Shown here piece by piece: positions 37,210-45,747 of a DNA stretch of 46,537 nt. The stretch's first letter is position 1. Each line of letters opens with the position of its first letter. This stretch comes from a virus, in IMG/VR virus record IMGVR_UViG_3300045988_174467, positions 1 to 46,537 of that record, one strand, 5' to 3'. The notes under the pieces are model-generated. The model searched no databases. It was not told the origin of the DNA and was given only the letters and a program-made list of their open reading frames with translations. Both the position numbers and the translations under genes were made by a program.

Positions 37210-37412
37210 CACTCAATAAGGTCCAAAATCTTGTATAAAAAACGTTTGGAGTGGGGTAAAATAGGAACTATTTACATAGGTTGAATCCGTAATTCGCTGA
37301 AAAATAATCACTTGTGCTTTGAAAAATAAAAAACAAAATAAACAAACGCCACAAATCACCACGCACCGCTGATTTGTGATAATGAGGTGCATCTTCTCGA
37401 AAGAACGGAAAT

Positions 37413-37793
37413 ATGATGCCAACCTCCGTTTTTAGTCCTTTCCTTCTGTGCTGGAATGCAGTAATTTCGCAAGTGATGGAAAAGGGAATCGAAATGGATG
37501 GCGTCAATGCGATGCAATGGGCAAGGGAGATAAGCAGAATGCCCGAGGGGGATTTTACATTGTGCTTTTTCCCTTATTCAAGATCGCAAGGGAAGGCTGG
37601 GGATAGTCTTGTGGTGAAGGAGCATTGTAAGCATCGTACGCAGTTGCCACAGGATAAATTTGCCGTTGATTCCGAGAATTACTTTCTATTTGAGGATGAA
37701 AATGGAGAACCGAGGATGTGTTATCGCATACTCATTAGGTATATGGGTTTTCCACAAGATGGATATAAACTTCACAAGATAAACTGGTTATGA
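37413..37793 (+). CDS. hypothetical protein (126 aa)
   Basis: ATG-initiated ORF overlapping the next gene by 4 nt. Confidence 0.5.
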   Translation: MMPTSVFSPFLLCWNAVISQVMEKGIEMDGVNAMQWAREISRMPEGDFTLCFFPYSRSQGKAGDSLVVKEHCKHRTQLPQDKFAVDSENYFLFEDENGEPRMCYRILIRYMGFPQDGYKLHKINWL

Positions 37794-39259
37794 ATGACAG
37801 TATAGAACTATACGGTAATGCCGGCAATTATATTCAGGATGGAAATGTCTTCTCTTTTCAGATAGGGGAAGGGCAGAAAGTTTTTGGTTCACCAGGTCTG
37901 CTCGTCCCACAGGGCATACAACAGAGTCTACAGGAGCACCGGTGGCTTAGTGTCAATGGCTACCAAGTGTGTATGCGCGGAATGAACAACGCTCTGTGTG
38001 ACGAGGTGACGATGGAGATAAAGCAGAACCGCCTACTTCCTCGTCTATATAGTAAGGAAATCAAAATGCTTTATGGGCATGGTCCATGTGCGTATGTGCA
38101 GACAGTGGAAAATGGCAAGATGAAGCGTCAGTACACTGCTCTTCCTGAATGGGACGATTGGATGAACACGTGGGAGGAGCGTGGCTTGGAAAGCTCTGCG
38201 CAAGAATTTGCGAAGACAAATATCAAAAACTTTTATTATTTCGGCGACTTCTTCTGCAAGTGGCGATTCTCCCGCGGCAAGCGGCTTGGCTTGATGCCTG
38301 TCGCTGGTCTTGAAGCATTGGAGAATAAACACTGCAGGCTGGCTACGACAAAGCAGAATGTCGTCAATAGTCAGATTAACTACAGCGATTTTAATAGTGT
38401 CGCAGTTGGTCGGTGGTCGTACGGACTTGGCAACTATAAGATGTATCCAAAGTTTGCTTTGTCTGAAGTTGACAACTATCTCTATGCCGCAGTGTCGCAT
38501 CACCGAGAGAAATCTGTCGACGAGTTCTATGGAGTGAACGAAACACATCAGGGAGCGCGGCCGTATATCCAAGGTAGTAACAAAACAGCCACCTACATCA
38601 ACTCTTTCCTGCGCAATTCACTTGCCGCGAAGATTCACATCGTTATCCCTAACGCTTGGGTAACGAGTAAGCGCTCGCAACTCATAAAACTCTGCGAAGA
38701 AAATAAGTTGCGCAAATCGAAAAATAAGGAATTAGTCACGTATAACGGCATACAGATCGGTACAGAGTACCGTGAATCACTCTTGGTGGAGTACATGCGC
38801 TTGGAGCTTCGCAAAGTAGGTGATTATCTGAGTGGAGCGGACAATCAGGGAAAGGCGTATTCATCAATCTCGTTTATGGATGCTTCCGGTCACGAGCAGA
38901 CTTGGAAAATCGAAACAATCGATCTGAAATACAAAGAATACATAGAAGCGCTTATCTCATATGATAAACGTGCTGAAGAAGCTTTGCTTTCGAGTGTTGG
39001 CCTTGATGCGTCAATCACGGCGGTCGGTAAGGATAGTGTTATCAGTAAATCAGGATCTGATGCCTACTACAACTACCTTATATATATAATGTCGCTCACG
39101 CCTGAAGATGAAATCTGTGCTGCACCGTTCAATCTCGCCCTGCAGCTCAACTTCCCACATCTCTATAAACAAGGTTATCGCATCGGCTTCTATAGAGAAG
39201 TCCCCCAACGCCAAGAAGATGTATCGCCTAAAGACAGACTTAATCAGCAGCAGTCATGA
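37790..39259 (+). CDS. portal protein candidate (489 aa)
   Basis: Based on position after the large terminase and on size. No motif recognised by eye. Confidence 0.5.
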   Translation: MNDSIELYGNAGNYIQDGNVFSFQIGEGQKVFGSPGLLVPQGIQQSLQEHRWLSVNGYQVCMRGMNNALCDEVTMEIKQNRLLPRLYSKEIKMLYGHGPCAYVQTVENGKMKRQYTALPEWDDWMNTWEERGLESSAQEFAKTNIKNFYYFGDFFCKWRFSRGKRLGLMPVAGLEALENKHCRLATTKQNVVNSQINYSDFNSVAVGRWSYGLGNYKMYPKFALSEVDNYLYAAVSHHREKSVDEFYGVNETHQGARPYIQGSNKTATYINSFLRNSLAAKIHIVIPNAWVTSKRSQLIKLCEENKLRKSKNKELVTYNGIQIGTEYRESLLVEYMRLELRKVGDYLSGADNQGKAYSSISFMDASGHEQTWKIETIDLKYKEYIEALISYDKRAEEALLSSVGLDASITAVGKDSVISKSGSDAYYNYLIYIMSLTPEDEICAAPFNLALQLNFPHLYKQGYRIGFYREVPQRQEDVSPKDRLNQQQS

Positions 39260-40146
39260 ACATACTTACAGAGCTTTTCCACGATTTCGCCACCTTTAGC
39301 AGATATGCTCCGGGGGTGGAGACGAATATGGACTTGAACGATCTTCAGTCCTCAGGCCTCTCTGCTCGAAAGCGGATAGAGACAGTCATCAGCGCAGCAG
39401 TCTTTCGTGCCATCATAACAGAGCCCGAGGGGTCATTCCTCGTAGAAGGGCTTCGTTCTGCGATGGCGAATATAACGATGGCCACGCAACTCATCTTCGA
39501 CAGCATCAACCGTCGCAAAAATGATGTAAATCTCTATAAGTACGAGATAGAAGCTATGAAGCGTGCCTATATGGAAAACTACTGCAATGCGCTGGATACC
39601 ATTGTGCAGTCGCTAATGGATGCAGAAGTAAAAGAATCCGACGCTGCTTCTCCGGCGGCCCTGTGGCGGCAGGCGCGCTATTTTTCGATTCTGTCCGATT
39701 GCGAAATCAAGAGTATGCCCGACTTCGATATGATTTATCCCATCGACGCTTCGTACCTCTTCTTTTTCCGTACCGTAGCTCTGCAGAAAGAGACGCTCGA
39801 CGAAGTCATGTCCGCCTATTTCGCCAAACTCACCGACGATAATTCGCCCCGCGTCCGCCCGATGCTCCTCCTTGCACTCGTCAAGAAAATCGTCGCCAAG
39901 GCCCTCCGTCGCTTCGATATTCTTGAGTTTCCGGCCACGATCCGCAACCTCTTCGACGACAACAAGGCTTTCCGACATGGCTCCACGGAAGCCGGTGATT
40001 GCTTGAAACTTGCCGACCGACTCGACGGCGAGGCAGCCGAGCTCCTCTCGAATGCCGACACGCTGCTCTCCACCGAACCAGCGGCCGATGTCTCGTCCTA
40101 TTCTGCCTACAATCACCCCGACGACAAAATCATTATGTTGCCATGA
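39256..40146 (+). CDS. hypothetical structural/morphogenesis protein (296 aa)
   Basis: ATGA-coupled to the previous gene. Coding-like codon bias. Confidence 0.6.
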   Translation: MNILTELFHDFATFSRYAPGVETNMDLNDLQSSGLSARKRIETVISAAVFRAIITEPEGSFLVEGLRSAMANITMATQLIFDSINRRKNDVNLYKYEIEAMKRAYMENYCNALDTIVQSLMDAEVKESDAASPAALWRQARYFSILSDCEIKSMPDFDMIYPIDASYLFFFRTVALQKETLDEVMSAYFAKLTDDNSPRVRPMLLLALVKKIVAKALRRFDILEFPATIRNLFDDNKAFRHGSTEAGDCLKLADRLDGEAAELLSNADTLLSTEPAADVSSYSAYNHPDDKIIMLP

Positions 40147-41114
40147 CAAAAGATATCGAACTCGTATACAAAGGTGAAATCTATCGCATTCCTAACCGTT
40201 GGGATGCTATGACCGACCGCCAATACATCCGCCTCGTGGCCGACTTGTTACGGATGGCGGCCGGCGAACTCTCTGCCGGAGAGGTGCGCATCAACTATCT
40301 TTGCGATGTTATGCGCTGGGACCGCCGGCGCATTCGCACCGAGGAGCAGATTGCCAACCTCGTTGCCATCTCCGAGCAGCTGACCTTCCTCTTTCAAATC
40401 AATTATCCCGACAATAATGCCGTCCTCGATGGCATTGATCCTGAGACGTATGAACTCTGTCGACGCATTGATCCTTTCCGCCTTCATCATCCGCTTGCCC
40501 GCGTCTTGCGCCGGCTCGATTATCAATACGTCGTAGACCTCTGTTTTTGCGCGCAGCTCATTCCCGCGGTGCACATCAAAGACCGTCGCTTTGAGGGCTA
40601 TACTGTTGAATCGAGCTATGGCGTACTCACGTGTTCGCTCACGGCACTTCAATATATCGAAGCGCGCGAACTCATCGATAGGGGCGAGTCGGCGCTTCCG
40701 CTTTTGGCGGCCATCCTCTATTATCCGGAGAAAACCTACGACTCCGAGCGAGCCCACGCCTTGGCGCACGAGTTCGCAGCCTTGTCGCCCGAGCTGCTTG
40801 CCGCCATATCCTTCAATTTTCAAGCTTTCAATAATTACCTCTTCAGTAAAACCTCCTTCTCGTTGCTCGCCAAGTTTATCCCGCGTCCCGATCATCCGAT
40901 CACGACCGACGCTTCTGATGCTCTCTACGACCTTTCCAAAGAAGGCTTGGGCGATGCGCATAAAATAGAGCAGATGAACGTGTTTACCTATCTCAAAGTC
41001 CTGCGTAAGAAAACCATTGATGCCGTCAAGGATATGAGAGGTTTTGGTTGGGATAAGGCGAAAATCAGCACCGAAGTAGGCTTACCCATATCTGTAATAG
41101 ATGATATAATATGA
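40143..41114 (+). CDS. hypothetical protein (323 aa)
   Basis: ATG 40143 overlaps the upstream stop (ATGA). The track's longer 39999 start lies inside the previous gene. Confidence 0.6.
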   Translation: MTKDIELVYKGEIYRIPNRWDAMTDRQYIRLVADLLRMAAGELSAGEVRINYLCDVMRWDRRRIRTEEQIANLVAISEQLTFLFQINYPDNNAVLDGIDPETYELCRRIDPFRLHHPLARVLRRLDYQYVVDLCFCAQLIPAVHIKDRRFEGYTVESSYGVLTCSLTALQYIEARELIDRGESALPLLAAILYYPEKTYDSERAHALAHEFAALSPELLAAISFNFQAFNNYLFSKTSFSLLAKFIPRPDHPITTDASDALYDLSKEGLGDAHKIEQMNVFTYLKVLRKKTIDAVKDMRGFGWDKAKISTEVGLPISVIDDII

Positions 41115-41692
41115 TTAAAGAACAGTTCCTCTATTTTGCCCGGTATCCCGATTCGAAAGGTATTCTTTCCATGTTTACCAATGGGTCGAGCGATGATCCG
41201 GCTTATAACGATTTAGTGGCAGCCTTGCGCGGTTTGCCGGATCAATCGAGAGTTCCCGAGATTGCCAACTATGTCTATGGCCAATCTTTCGACGAACTCA
41301 AGCAGCGCATCGATAAGCTTGTCGGCTCCTACCTCTTTGTCGATTTTGGAGAGATGGATATGCTTGAGTCCTCCCCCGGTTCTTACCGCATCTTGCAACG
41401 CCTGGCGCTGACGGTTGCCCAAAAGATGCCTAATCGTGCCGATGCTGCAGAGCATATGCTCGCTTCCGATGCTACTCTTCGGTTGCTTTCCCGGGTGCAT
41501 GCCTGGCTCTTGGCCGATGCCGATGCCGGAGAGGTCGATTGGCTCTCGCGCGAACATCTCGACAAAGCCGAGATCGTCCCCTTCGTGGCCACCGAACTGC
41601 ATTCCGTCGGTTGGACCCTGATGGTCTCCTGCATCGCCCCCGATTCCTTGGGCACGCACGACCTTTCACGGTCCTTTGCGCGGCACCTGTGA
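41111..41692 (+). CDS. hypothetical protein (193 aa)
   Basis: ATGA-coupled ORF. Confidence 0.6.
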   Translation: MIKEQFLYFARYPDSKGILSMFTNGSSDDPAYNDLVAALRGLPDQSRVPEIANYVYGQSFDELKQRIDKLVGSYLFVDFGEMDMLESSPGSYRILQRLALTVAQKMPNRADAAEHMLASDATLRLLSRVHAWLLADADAGEVDWLSREHLDKAEIVPFVATELHSVGWTLMVSCIAPDSLGTHDLSRSFARHL

Positions 41693-41727
41693 TGACCTAA
41701 TTTTGCCCCAACAAAAAATAGATTATA

Positions 41728-42168
41728 ATGAAAAAGTTTCCAATGATATCAGTTGTTTCGTTGCCACTCTCCATTGTGGTCGATTTCTCTCGTTTCCTCT
41801 TTCAAGATTGGGAATTTGCCAAGTGGATTGCCGGCGCCGTCATCCTCGATACCGTGCTTGGCCTCGTGAAGCACCTTATGCTCAAGGATGCTTCAAGTGG
41901 CTCTTTATTTGGTAAGTTCGGAAAAAAGATCGGCATCTACATCGTGCTGCTCATTCTCTCTAATATCCTTACCAACTACACCGTACAAGGTAATATCGTC
42001 GGCGCCACGCAGTGGATTGGCTCCTACCTCTGCGTCTTCATGATGGTGCGCGAGGGCTTCTCCTGTGTCGAAAATATCCAAGCTATTTATCCAATTTTTC
42101 CAACATCCTTCGTCCGCCGTCTCAAAGATTTTAATGATAGCGGCGAATACATCAAAAAAGATGAATGA
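41728..42168 (+). CDS. holin-like membrane protein (146 aa)
   Basis: Several TM helices (WIAGAVILDTVLGLV, IGIYIVLLILSNIL, IGSYLCVFMMV) and an ...REGFSCVENI segment, as in holin family 4. Overlaps the endolysin start. Confidence 0.6.
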   Translation: MKKFPMISVVSLPLSIVVDFSRFLFQDWEFAKWIAGAVILDTVLGLVKHLMLKDASSGSLFGKFGKKIGIYIVLLILSNILTNYTVQGNIVGATQWIGSYLCVFMMVREGFSCVENIQAIYPIFPTSFVRRLKDFNDSGEYIKKDE

Positions 42169-42689
42169 TTATGGCTACAGAACAGCAGCGTGCCTTCGCA
42201 CGCAATATCTATGCAGCAGCCCTTCAGGCTACTGACATTGCGCCCGAGTTCGTTACCGCCCAAGCTATCCTCGAAAGCGGCTGGGGAAAGTCTCGAGTGG
42301 GCAGGTTTAACCTCTTCGGCATTACCAAGGGAAGTAATTGGACGGGAAAAACCGTCTTGATCAAGACCCACGAGTATTTCAATACCCCCTCGCGTACCTT
42401 TGCTGCTCCCGAGCGCGTTGTGTCGGTCACTAAATGCAAAACACCCGGCCGATGGTACTACGTAGTCTACCGACTTTTCAAAGATTTCGATTCCCTGGCC
42501 GACTGCCTCAAAGAGCATTCCCGCCTCCTGCAAAAACCCGGCTTTGCCGATGCCTGGCCTTACCGGAAAGATGCCGAAGAGTTCGCCCGTCAAATCTGCG
42601 ACAACCGAGGGAGTCGCTACGCCACCTCACCCGATTATCTCACCACGATGCTCGCGCTTATCAAGACCGTACGTGCCATCTGTAAGTAA
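42165..42689 (+). CDS. endolysin, GH73-type N-acetylglucosaminidase (174 aa)
   Basis: AQAILESGWGKS...NLFGI is the glucosaminidase (mannosyl-glycoprotein endo-beta-N-acetylglucosaminidase) signature, including the catalytic Glu context. Confidence 0.8.
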   Translation: MIMATEQQRAFARNIYAAALQATDIAPEFVTAQAILESGWGKSRVGRFNLFGITKGSNWTGKTVLIKTHEYFNTPSRTFAAPERVVSVTKCKTPGRWYYVVYRLFKDFDSLADCLKEHSRLLQKPGFADAWPYRKDAEEFARQICDNRGSRYATSPDYLTTMLALIKTVRAICK

Positions 42690-43306
42690 TGCTGCCTATG
42701 TTTTCTTCAATCAAGCGAAGCTGGAATCTCTTTTCGCTGTTGCTGATGCTCCTTTTTGCCGCATTGGCGCTGCTCGCCTTCCGAGCTTATCGCAATATGA
42801 AAGCCGATCGTGACCGGCTGAAGCAGAATCAAACGCAACTCCTGAATAATGGCGCAGCCGACATTACAGAGATGCCCAATGGGCGTAGCCGCGCATCTGT
42901 CGCATCGTTGACGCTTCGCCCGGACGAGTTTCGACGCAGTGCCGATTCCTTGGTTAAAATAGCTCGCCAAGTAGGCATTCGTCCCTCTCGCATCTCCGAA
43001 GCGTCCACCGCGGCCACGTCTATGCAGACGACCATTGAAACGCCCATATATCGCTCCTCCGCTGTGCCGGATAGTAGTGTGTGTCTTTCGTGGAGCGATC
43101 CTTGGGTGTCTCTTTCCGGCTGCGTGACCGATTCGCTCTTTCGAGGCAGCGTATCCACTACCGATACGCTCGACATCATCGTCCATCGCGTCCCGAAGCG
43201 CTTCCTTTTCTTTCGCTTCGGCTGTCGTGAAGTTCGTATGGACATCATTTCCCGCAACCCACATACTCGGCTTACCTATGCACGATATTACAAGTTGGTG
43301 AAGTGA
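42689..43306 (+). CDS. N-terminally anchored membrane protein (205 aa), spanin-like by position
   Basis: TAATG overlap with the endolysin gene. Signal-anchor LFSLLLMLLFAALALLAF followed by a charged coiled segment. Confidence 0.5.
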   Translation: MLPMFSSIKRSWNLFSLLLMLLFAALALLAFRAYRNMKADRDRLKQNQTQLLNNGAADITEMPNGRSRASVASLTLRPDEFRRSADSLVKIARQVGIRPSRISEASTAATSMQTTIETPIYRSSAVPDSSVCLSWSDPWVSLSGCVTDSLFRGSVSTTDTLDIIVHRVPKRFLFFRFGCREVRMDIISRNPHTRLTYARYYKLVK

Positions 43307-43349
43307 AATACTTTCATGGTTTTTTATCTTTTGATTTTCTTGCGGTTTG

Positions 43350-43386
43350 GGGAGTCGTCGCAGTGATTGCGCTGACTCCTTTTTTC
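43350..43386 (+). terminator. intrinsic terminator ending the lysis operon
   Basis: GGAGTC (43351-43356) pairs with GACTCC (43374-43379), followed by TTTTTT. Confidence 0.65.
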
Positions 43387-43416
43387 TTTATCCCTCGGAA
43401 TAAGTAAAAAAACGAA

Positions 43417-43475
43417 GATACTATCAAAAAAGATAGTGTAAAATTTGGATACTATCTAAATAAATAGTATCTTTG
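43417..43475 (+). promoter_or_regulatory. promoter TTTG(43444-43447)-N20-TATCTTTG(43468-43475) overlapped by two palindromic operator candidates
   Basis: GATACTATC-N6-GATAGT (43417-43437) and GATACTAT-N8-ATAGTATC (43448-43471). The second palindrome spans the -33/-7 spacer and overlaps the start of the -7 box. Confidence 0.55.
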
Positions 43476-43499
43476 CATTGTTCAAATAAAGATATTGAT

Positions 43500-43658
43500 A
43501 TGAAGCAAGAAAAAATTAAAATGGAGGTCACCGCAGAAGAGCAAGACCTCATTGAAGCAATCAGAAACTATTGCAACAGTTATCCAAATGGTTATCCCCG
43601 TCTGCTTGAATATGCACAGGACATTTTTGATAGAATGACGGATATGCCTAAGAAATGA
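43500..43658 (+). CDS. hypothetical small protein (52 aa)
   Basis: First ATG after the promoter. The track's TTG 43473 lies inside the -7 box. Confidence 0.45.
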   Translation: MKQEKIKMEVTAEEQDLIEAIRNYCNSYPNGYPRLLEYAQDIFDRMTDMPKK

Positions 43659-43666
43659 CAACAAAC

Positions 43667-43688
43667 GGTTCTCCCTGCGGGGAGAACC
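43667..43688 (+). other. 9-bp perfect GC-rich hairpin between two small genes
   Basis: GGTTCTCCC tgcg GGGAGAACC. No U-tract follows. Confidence 0.5.
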
Positions 43689-43707
43689 ATTCCAAAAAAA
43701 TAAGATT

Positions 43708-43989
43708 ATGGAAGTAGTAAGTAGAAAAGCAGACAGAATCACAGATATGAAAGATCGTATGCGTGATATTTACCTGAATGTATCTTGGCGTGAGATCGCT
43801 CGCACCTATTTCGACAAGTCGGTGCCTTGGTTTCAGCACAAAATGTACGGCATCGATGGCAACGGCGGAGTAGGGGGCTTCACCCCTGAGGAAGCAGAGC
43901 AACTTAGAGGCGCACTTGTCGATCTGAGCGACCGCATCCGTCGTGCTGCCGACAATATTCCGGCCCCGGCTACAATATCGCCGCTTTGA
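43708..43989 (+). CDS. hypothetical protein (93 aa), resembles small Bacteroidetes prophage proteins (DUF5053-like, from memory)
   Basis: ORF with WREIARTYFDKSVPWFQHKMYG...FTPEEAEQLRGALVDLSDRI. Confidence 0.5.
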   Translation: MEVVSRKADRITDMKDRMRDIYLNVSWREIARTYFDKSVPWFQHKMYGIDGNGGVGGFTPEEAEQLRGALVDLSDRIRRAADNIPAPATISPL

Positions 43990-44026
43990 ACATAAGTCGC
44001 CACCGGGTCGGGTGGCGCACCTATCT

Positions 44027-44070
44027 GACTCAAGCTGCTTGTGCTATCGAGCAGCTTGAGTCTTTTCTCT
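44027..44070 (+). terminator. strong intrinsic terminator
   Basis: 13-bp stem GACTCAAGCTGCT/AGCAGCTTGAGTC (44027-44039 and 44050-44062) followed by TTTTCTCTT. A second hairpin lies at 43998-44017. Confidence 0.8.
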
Positions 44071-44120
44071 TCGTGTAGTGTTAAAAGTAAGTGCGTCACG
44101 TAAAAAAAGTTTCGCCAAGG

Positions 44121-44152
44121 CTTGCAAAAAAGCTTGAGCAGGTGTATTTTTG
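44121..44152 (+). promoter_or_regulatory. promoter candidate CTTG-N20-TATTTTTG
   Basis: Exact -7 box at 44145-44152. The -33 box is imperfect. TTGCAAAAA occurs twice (44122 and 44150). Confidence 0.45.
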
Positions 44153-44169
44153 CAAAAACAAATAGAAGC

Positions 44170-44403
44170 ATGTGCATTATTCGGTCAATATATGATTTTG
44201 CTTTGAAAGGCGTGAAAGTCTTTCTCCGTGCGTCTGCCGGAAATTTCCATGAAGAATCTAAAGAGGTTAAGCACATGAAGGAAGAAGTGATGAACCATCC
44301 TTCCACGATTGCCACTGATCGGCAAAATCTTCGTGAGGATCGTCGAGCGGTTTATCGTGATATCCATAAGGCCTTTCATAAAATTACGGTAAAAAATGCC
44401 TAA
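44170..44403 (+). CDS. hypothetical small protein (77 aa; start uncertain, ATG 44275 also possible)
   Basis: First ATG after the predicted promoter. Overlaps the next gene by 8 nt. Confidence 0.35.
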   Translation: MCIIRSIYDFALKGVKVFLRASAGNFHEESKEVKHMKEEVMNHPSTIATDRQNLREDRRAVYRDIHKAFHKITVKNA

Positions 44404-44827
44404 GCATTCGATTAGTTCGCGAGAAACGCAGGTAGGTTTAGGGAATGCTGTCGCCAAACAGGTGGAGCAAACCGTTTCTGTCGATGACTTGTCGCTGCCT
44501 TCCGCGCAGGAATTGAAAGCTTATCAGGAACTCGATCCTAATATCGTGACATTTTTGATCGAGACTTCTCAAAAAGAACAAGCCCATCGCCAAAAAATGG
44601 ATGAGAAGAAAATTAAGCTGTTGAGCTATGTTGAGCATAAAAATGGTAGAATGAGTTGGTGGGGATTGTTCTTCGCTTTCTTGTCGCTCGTTGCTTTAGT
44701 CTCCCTTGCAGCTTATGCCTTGTATCTTAATCATAATTGGTTTGCCGGCTTTTTTGGCTTTGGAGCCGTCATTAGTATTGTGACTGTTTTTGTGAATGCC
44801 GGAAAAAACAATGAATGGGATAGATAG
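44396..44827 (+). CDS. membrane protein (143 aa), DUF2335-like
   Basis: LPSAQELKAYQELDPNIVTFLIETSQKEQAHRQKMD followed by two C-terminal TM helices, the architecture I recall for DUF2335. Confidence 0.6.
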   Translation: MPKHSISSRETQVGLGNAVAKQVEQTVSVDDLSLPSAQELKAYQELDPNIVTFLIETSQKEQAHRQKMDEKKIKLLSYVEHKNGRMSWWGLFFAFLSLVALVSLAAYALYLNHNWFAGFFGFGAVISIVTVFVNAGKNNEWDR

Positions 44828-44901
44828 TCTCAATCTGTGAGTGAGAAATGCCCCAAAGCGTAGCTACTTTTTCTGCCAGGTTTTAACTAAAAATACCTTC
44901 T

Positions 44902-45357
44902 ATGAAACAAAAAGAACCTTCATTTAAAAGTTGCTCTATGGGATGCTTAATGATGTTAATCATAGGCTTGATTTTCATTTTTGTAGTAAATATGTGCGAT
45001 AGCGATTCTAATACTATAAACTCAGATACTACAGAGCAAGTTGCAGAACAAGATCCTATGAAAACAAAGGCTATAACAATTGCTGAGCAAATAGTAAAAG
45101 TCAATCTGCATACTTCTTCAGATGTTGATTTCTCAAATGAAGAATTTTTTATTATGGGGGACAATGCCTATAATGTATCAGGGCATTACACAGTTGACGG
45201 AGTAGAACACAAGTTTGATTTGCGCCTACATTATAAAGGTGGAGAATGGACCTCCATCTCTAACTGGGAATGGAGTAGGTTGCAGTTAATGCGTGTTGGT
45301 GCAACAGATTTAGATGAAGATTTGCATGGAGCTTGGGCAACTGATATTTATCCGTAA
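44902..45357 (+). CDS. putative lipoprotein (151 aa) with an acidic post-Cys segment
   Basis: Signal peptide LMMLIIGLIFIFVVNM followed by C-DSDSN. Followed by a terminator. Confidence 0.55.
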   Translation: MKQKEPSFKSCSMGCLMMLIIGLIFIFVVNMCDSDSNTINSDTTEQVAEQDPMKTKAITIAEQIVKVNLHTSSDVDFSNEEFFIMGDNAYNVSGHYTVDGVEHKFDLRLHYKGGEWTSISNWEWSRLQLMRVGATDLDEDLHGAWATDIYP

Positions 45358-45367
45358 TTTTCATACC

Positions 45368-45394
45368 ACGCAAAAAATAATTGCGTTTTCTTTT
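45368..45394 (+). terminator. intrinsic terminator after the lipoprotein gene
   Basis: ACGCAA (45368-45373) pairs with TTGCGT (45381-45386), followed by TTTCTTTT. Confidence 0.6.
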
Positions 45395-45475
45395 GGCAGT
45401 TACAAAAATACTTTCCAAATTTGCAATTGTCAAACGTCGATGTAATGTTACATCATCAAGGGTGAGGTGAATGTC

Positions 45476-45514
45476 AAGCCCCGAACTTATTAAATTTCGA
45501 TGGGCTTATTTTTT
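45476..45514 (+). terminator. intrinsic terminator with no gene upstream
   Basis: AAGCCC-CGAA...TTCG-at-GGGCTT followed by ATTTTTT. Preceded by a TTTG(45392)-N20-CAAATTTG(45416-45423) promoter-like pair. Confidence 0.5.
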
Positions 45515-45548
45515 GCCCATATTGCAGCCTCGCTGCATTGTGATAACG

Positions 45549-45625
45549 GCGGATGCCTTCCCGTGAATTAGCCCTTGTGGTGTATTGCACGATGTTTGAC
45601 GACAGGAAGAGCATCCGCTCTTTTT
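45549..45625 (+). terminator. long bulged stem plus U-tract (terminator/attenuator candidate)
   Basis: GCGGATGCCTTCC (45549-45561) pairs with GGAAG-a-GCATCCGC (45605-45618), followed by TCTTTTT. The loop is 43 nt. Confidence 0.45.
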
Positions 45626-45670
45626 GTCTCCGCACCCGGCGGAACCGGGCAATGTCAAACATCGTGCAAT
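45584..45670. repeat. 17-bp perfect inverted repeat with a 53-nt spacer
   Basis: ATTGCACGATGTTTGAC (45584-45600) and GTCAAACATCGTGCAAT (45654-45670). The spacer contains the 3' arm and U-tract of the previous stem, plus a CCCGG/CCGGG hairpin (45635-45649). Confidence 0.85.
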
Positions 45671-45692
45671 TATGCAAACAACAACCTTCTGC

Positions 45693-45730
45693 GCCTGGCG
45701 GCGCTCGCGCTCGCTAACTGAAACGCGCAA
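45693..45730. repeat. 38-bp direct repeat, copy 1
   Basis: GCCTGGCGGCGCTCGCGCTCGCTAACTGAAACGCGCAA. Matches 45987-46024 at 37 of 38 positions. Confidence 0.9.
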
Positions 45731-45739
45731 TCTTTCTTC

Positions 45740-45747
45740 CAAAAATA
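45740..45747 (-). promoter_or_regulatory. minus-strand -7 box TATTTTTG pointing into repeat copy 1
   Basis: The reverse complement of caaaaata is TATTTTTG. The predicted start is a few nt before the antisense of 45730-45693. No good -33 box. Confidence 0.35.

Noticed and set aside
37210-37412. - strand ORFs 37213-37422 and 37268-37507, and a 9-bp hairpin (37350-37378), in the gap after the terminase gene.
   Set aside because: The ORFs are short and AT-rich with implausible sequences. The hairpin has no U-tract and I saw no promoter consensus, so I left the gap unannotated.
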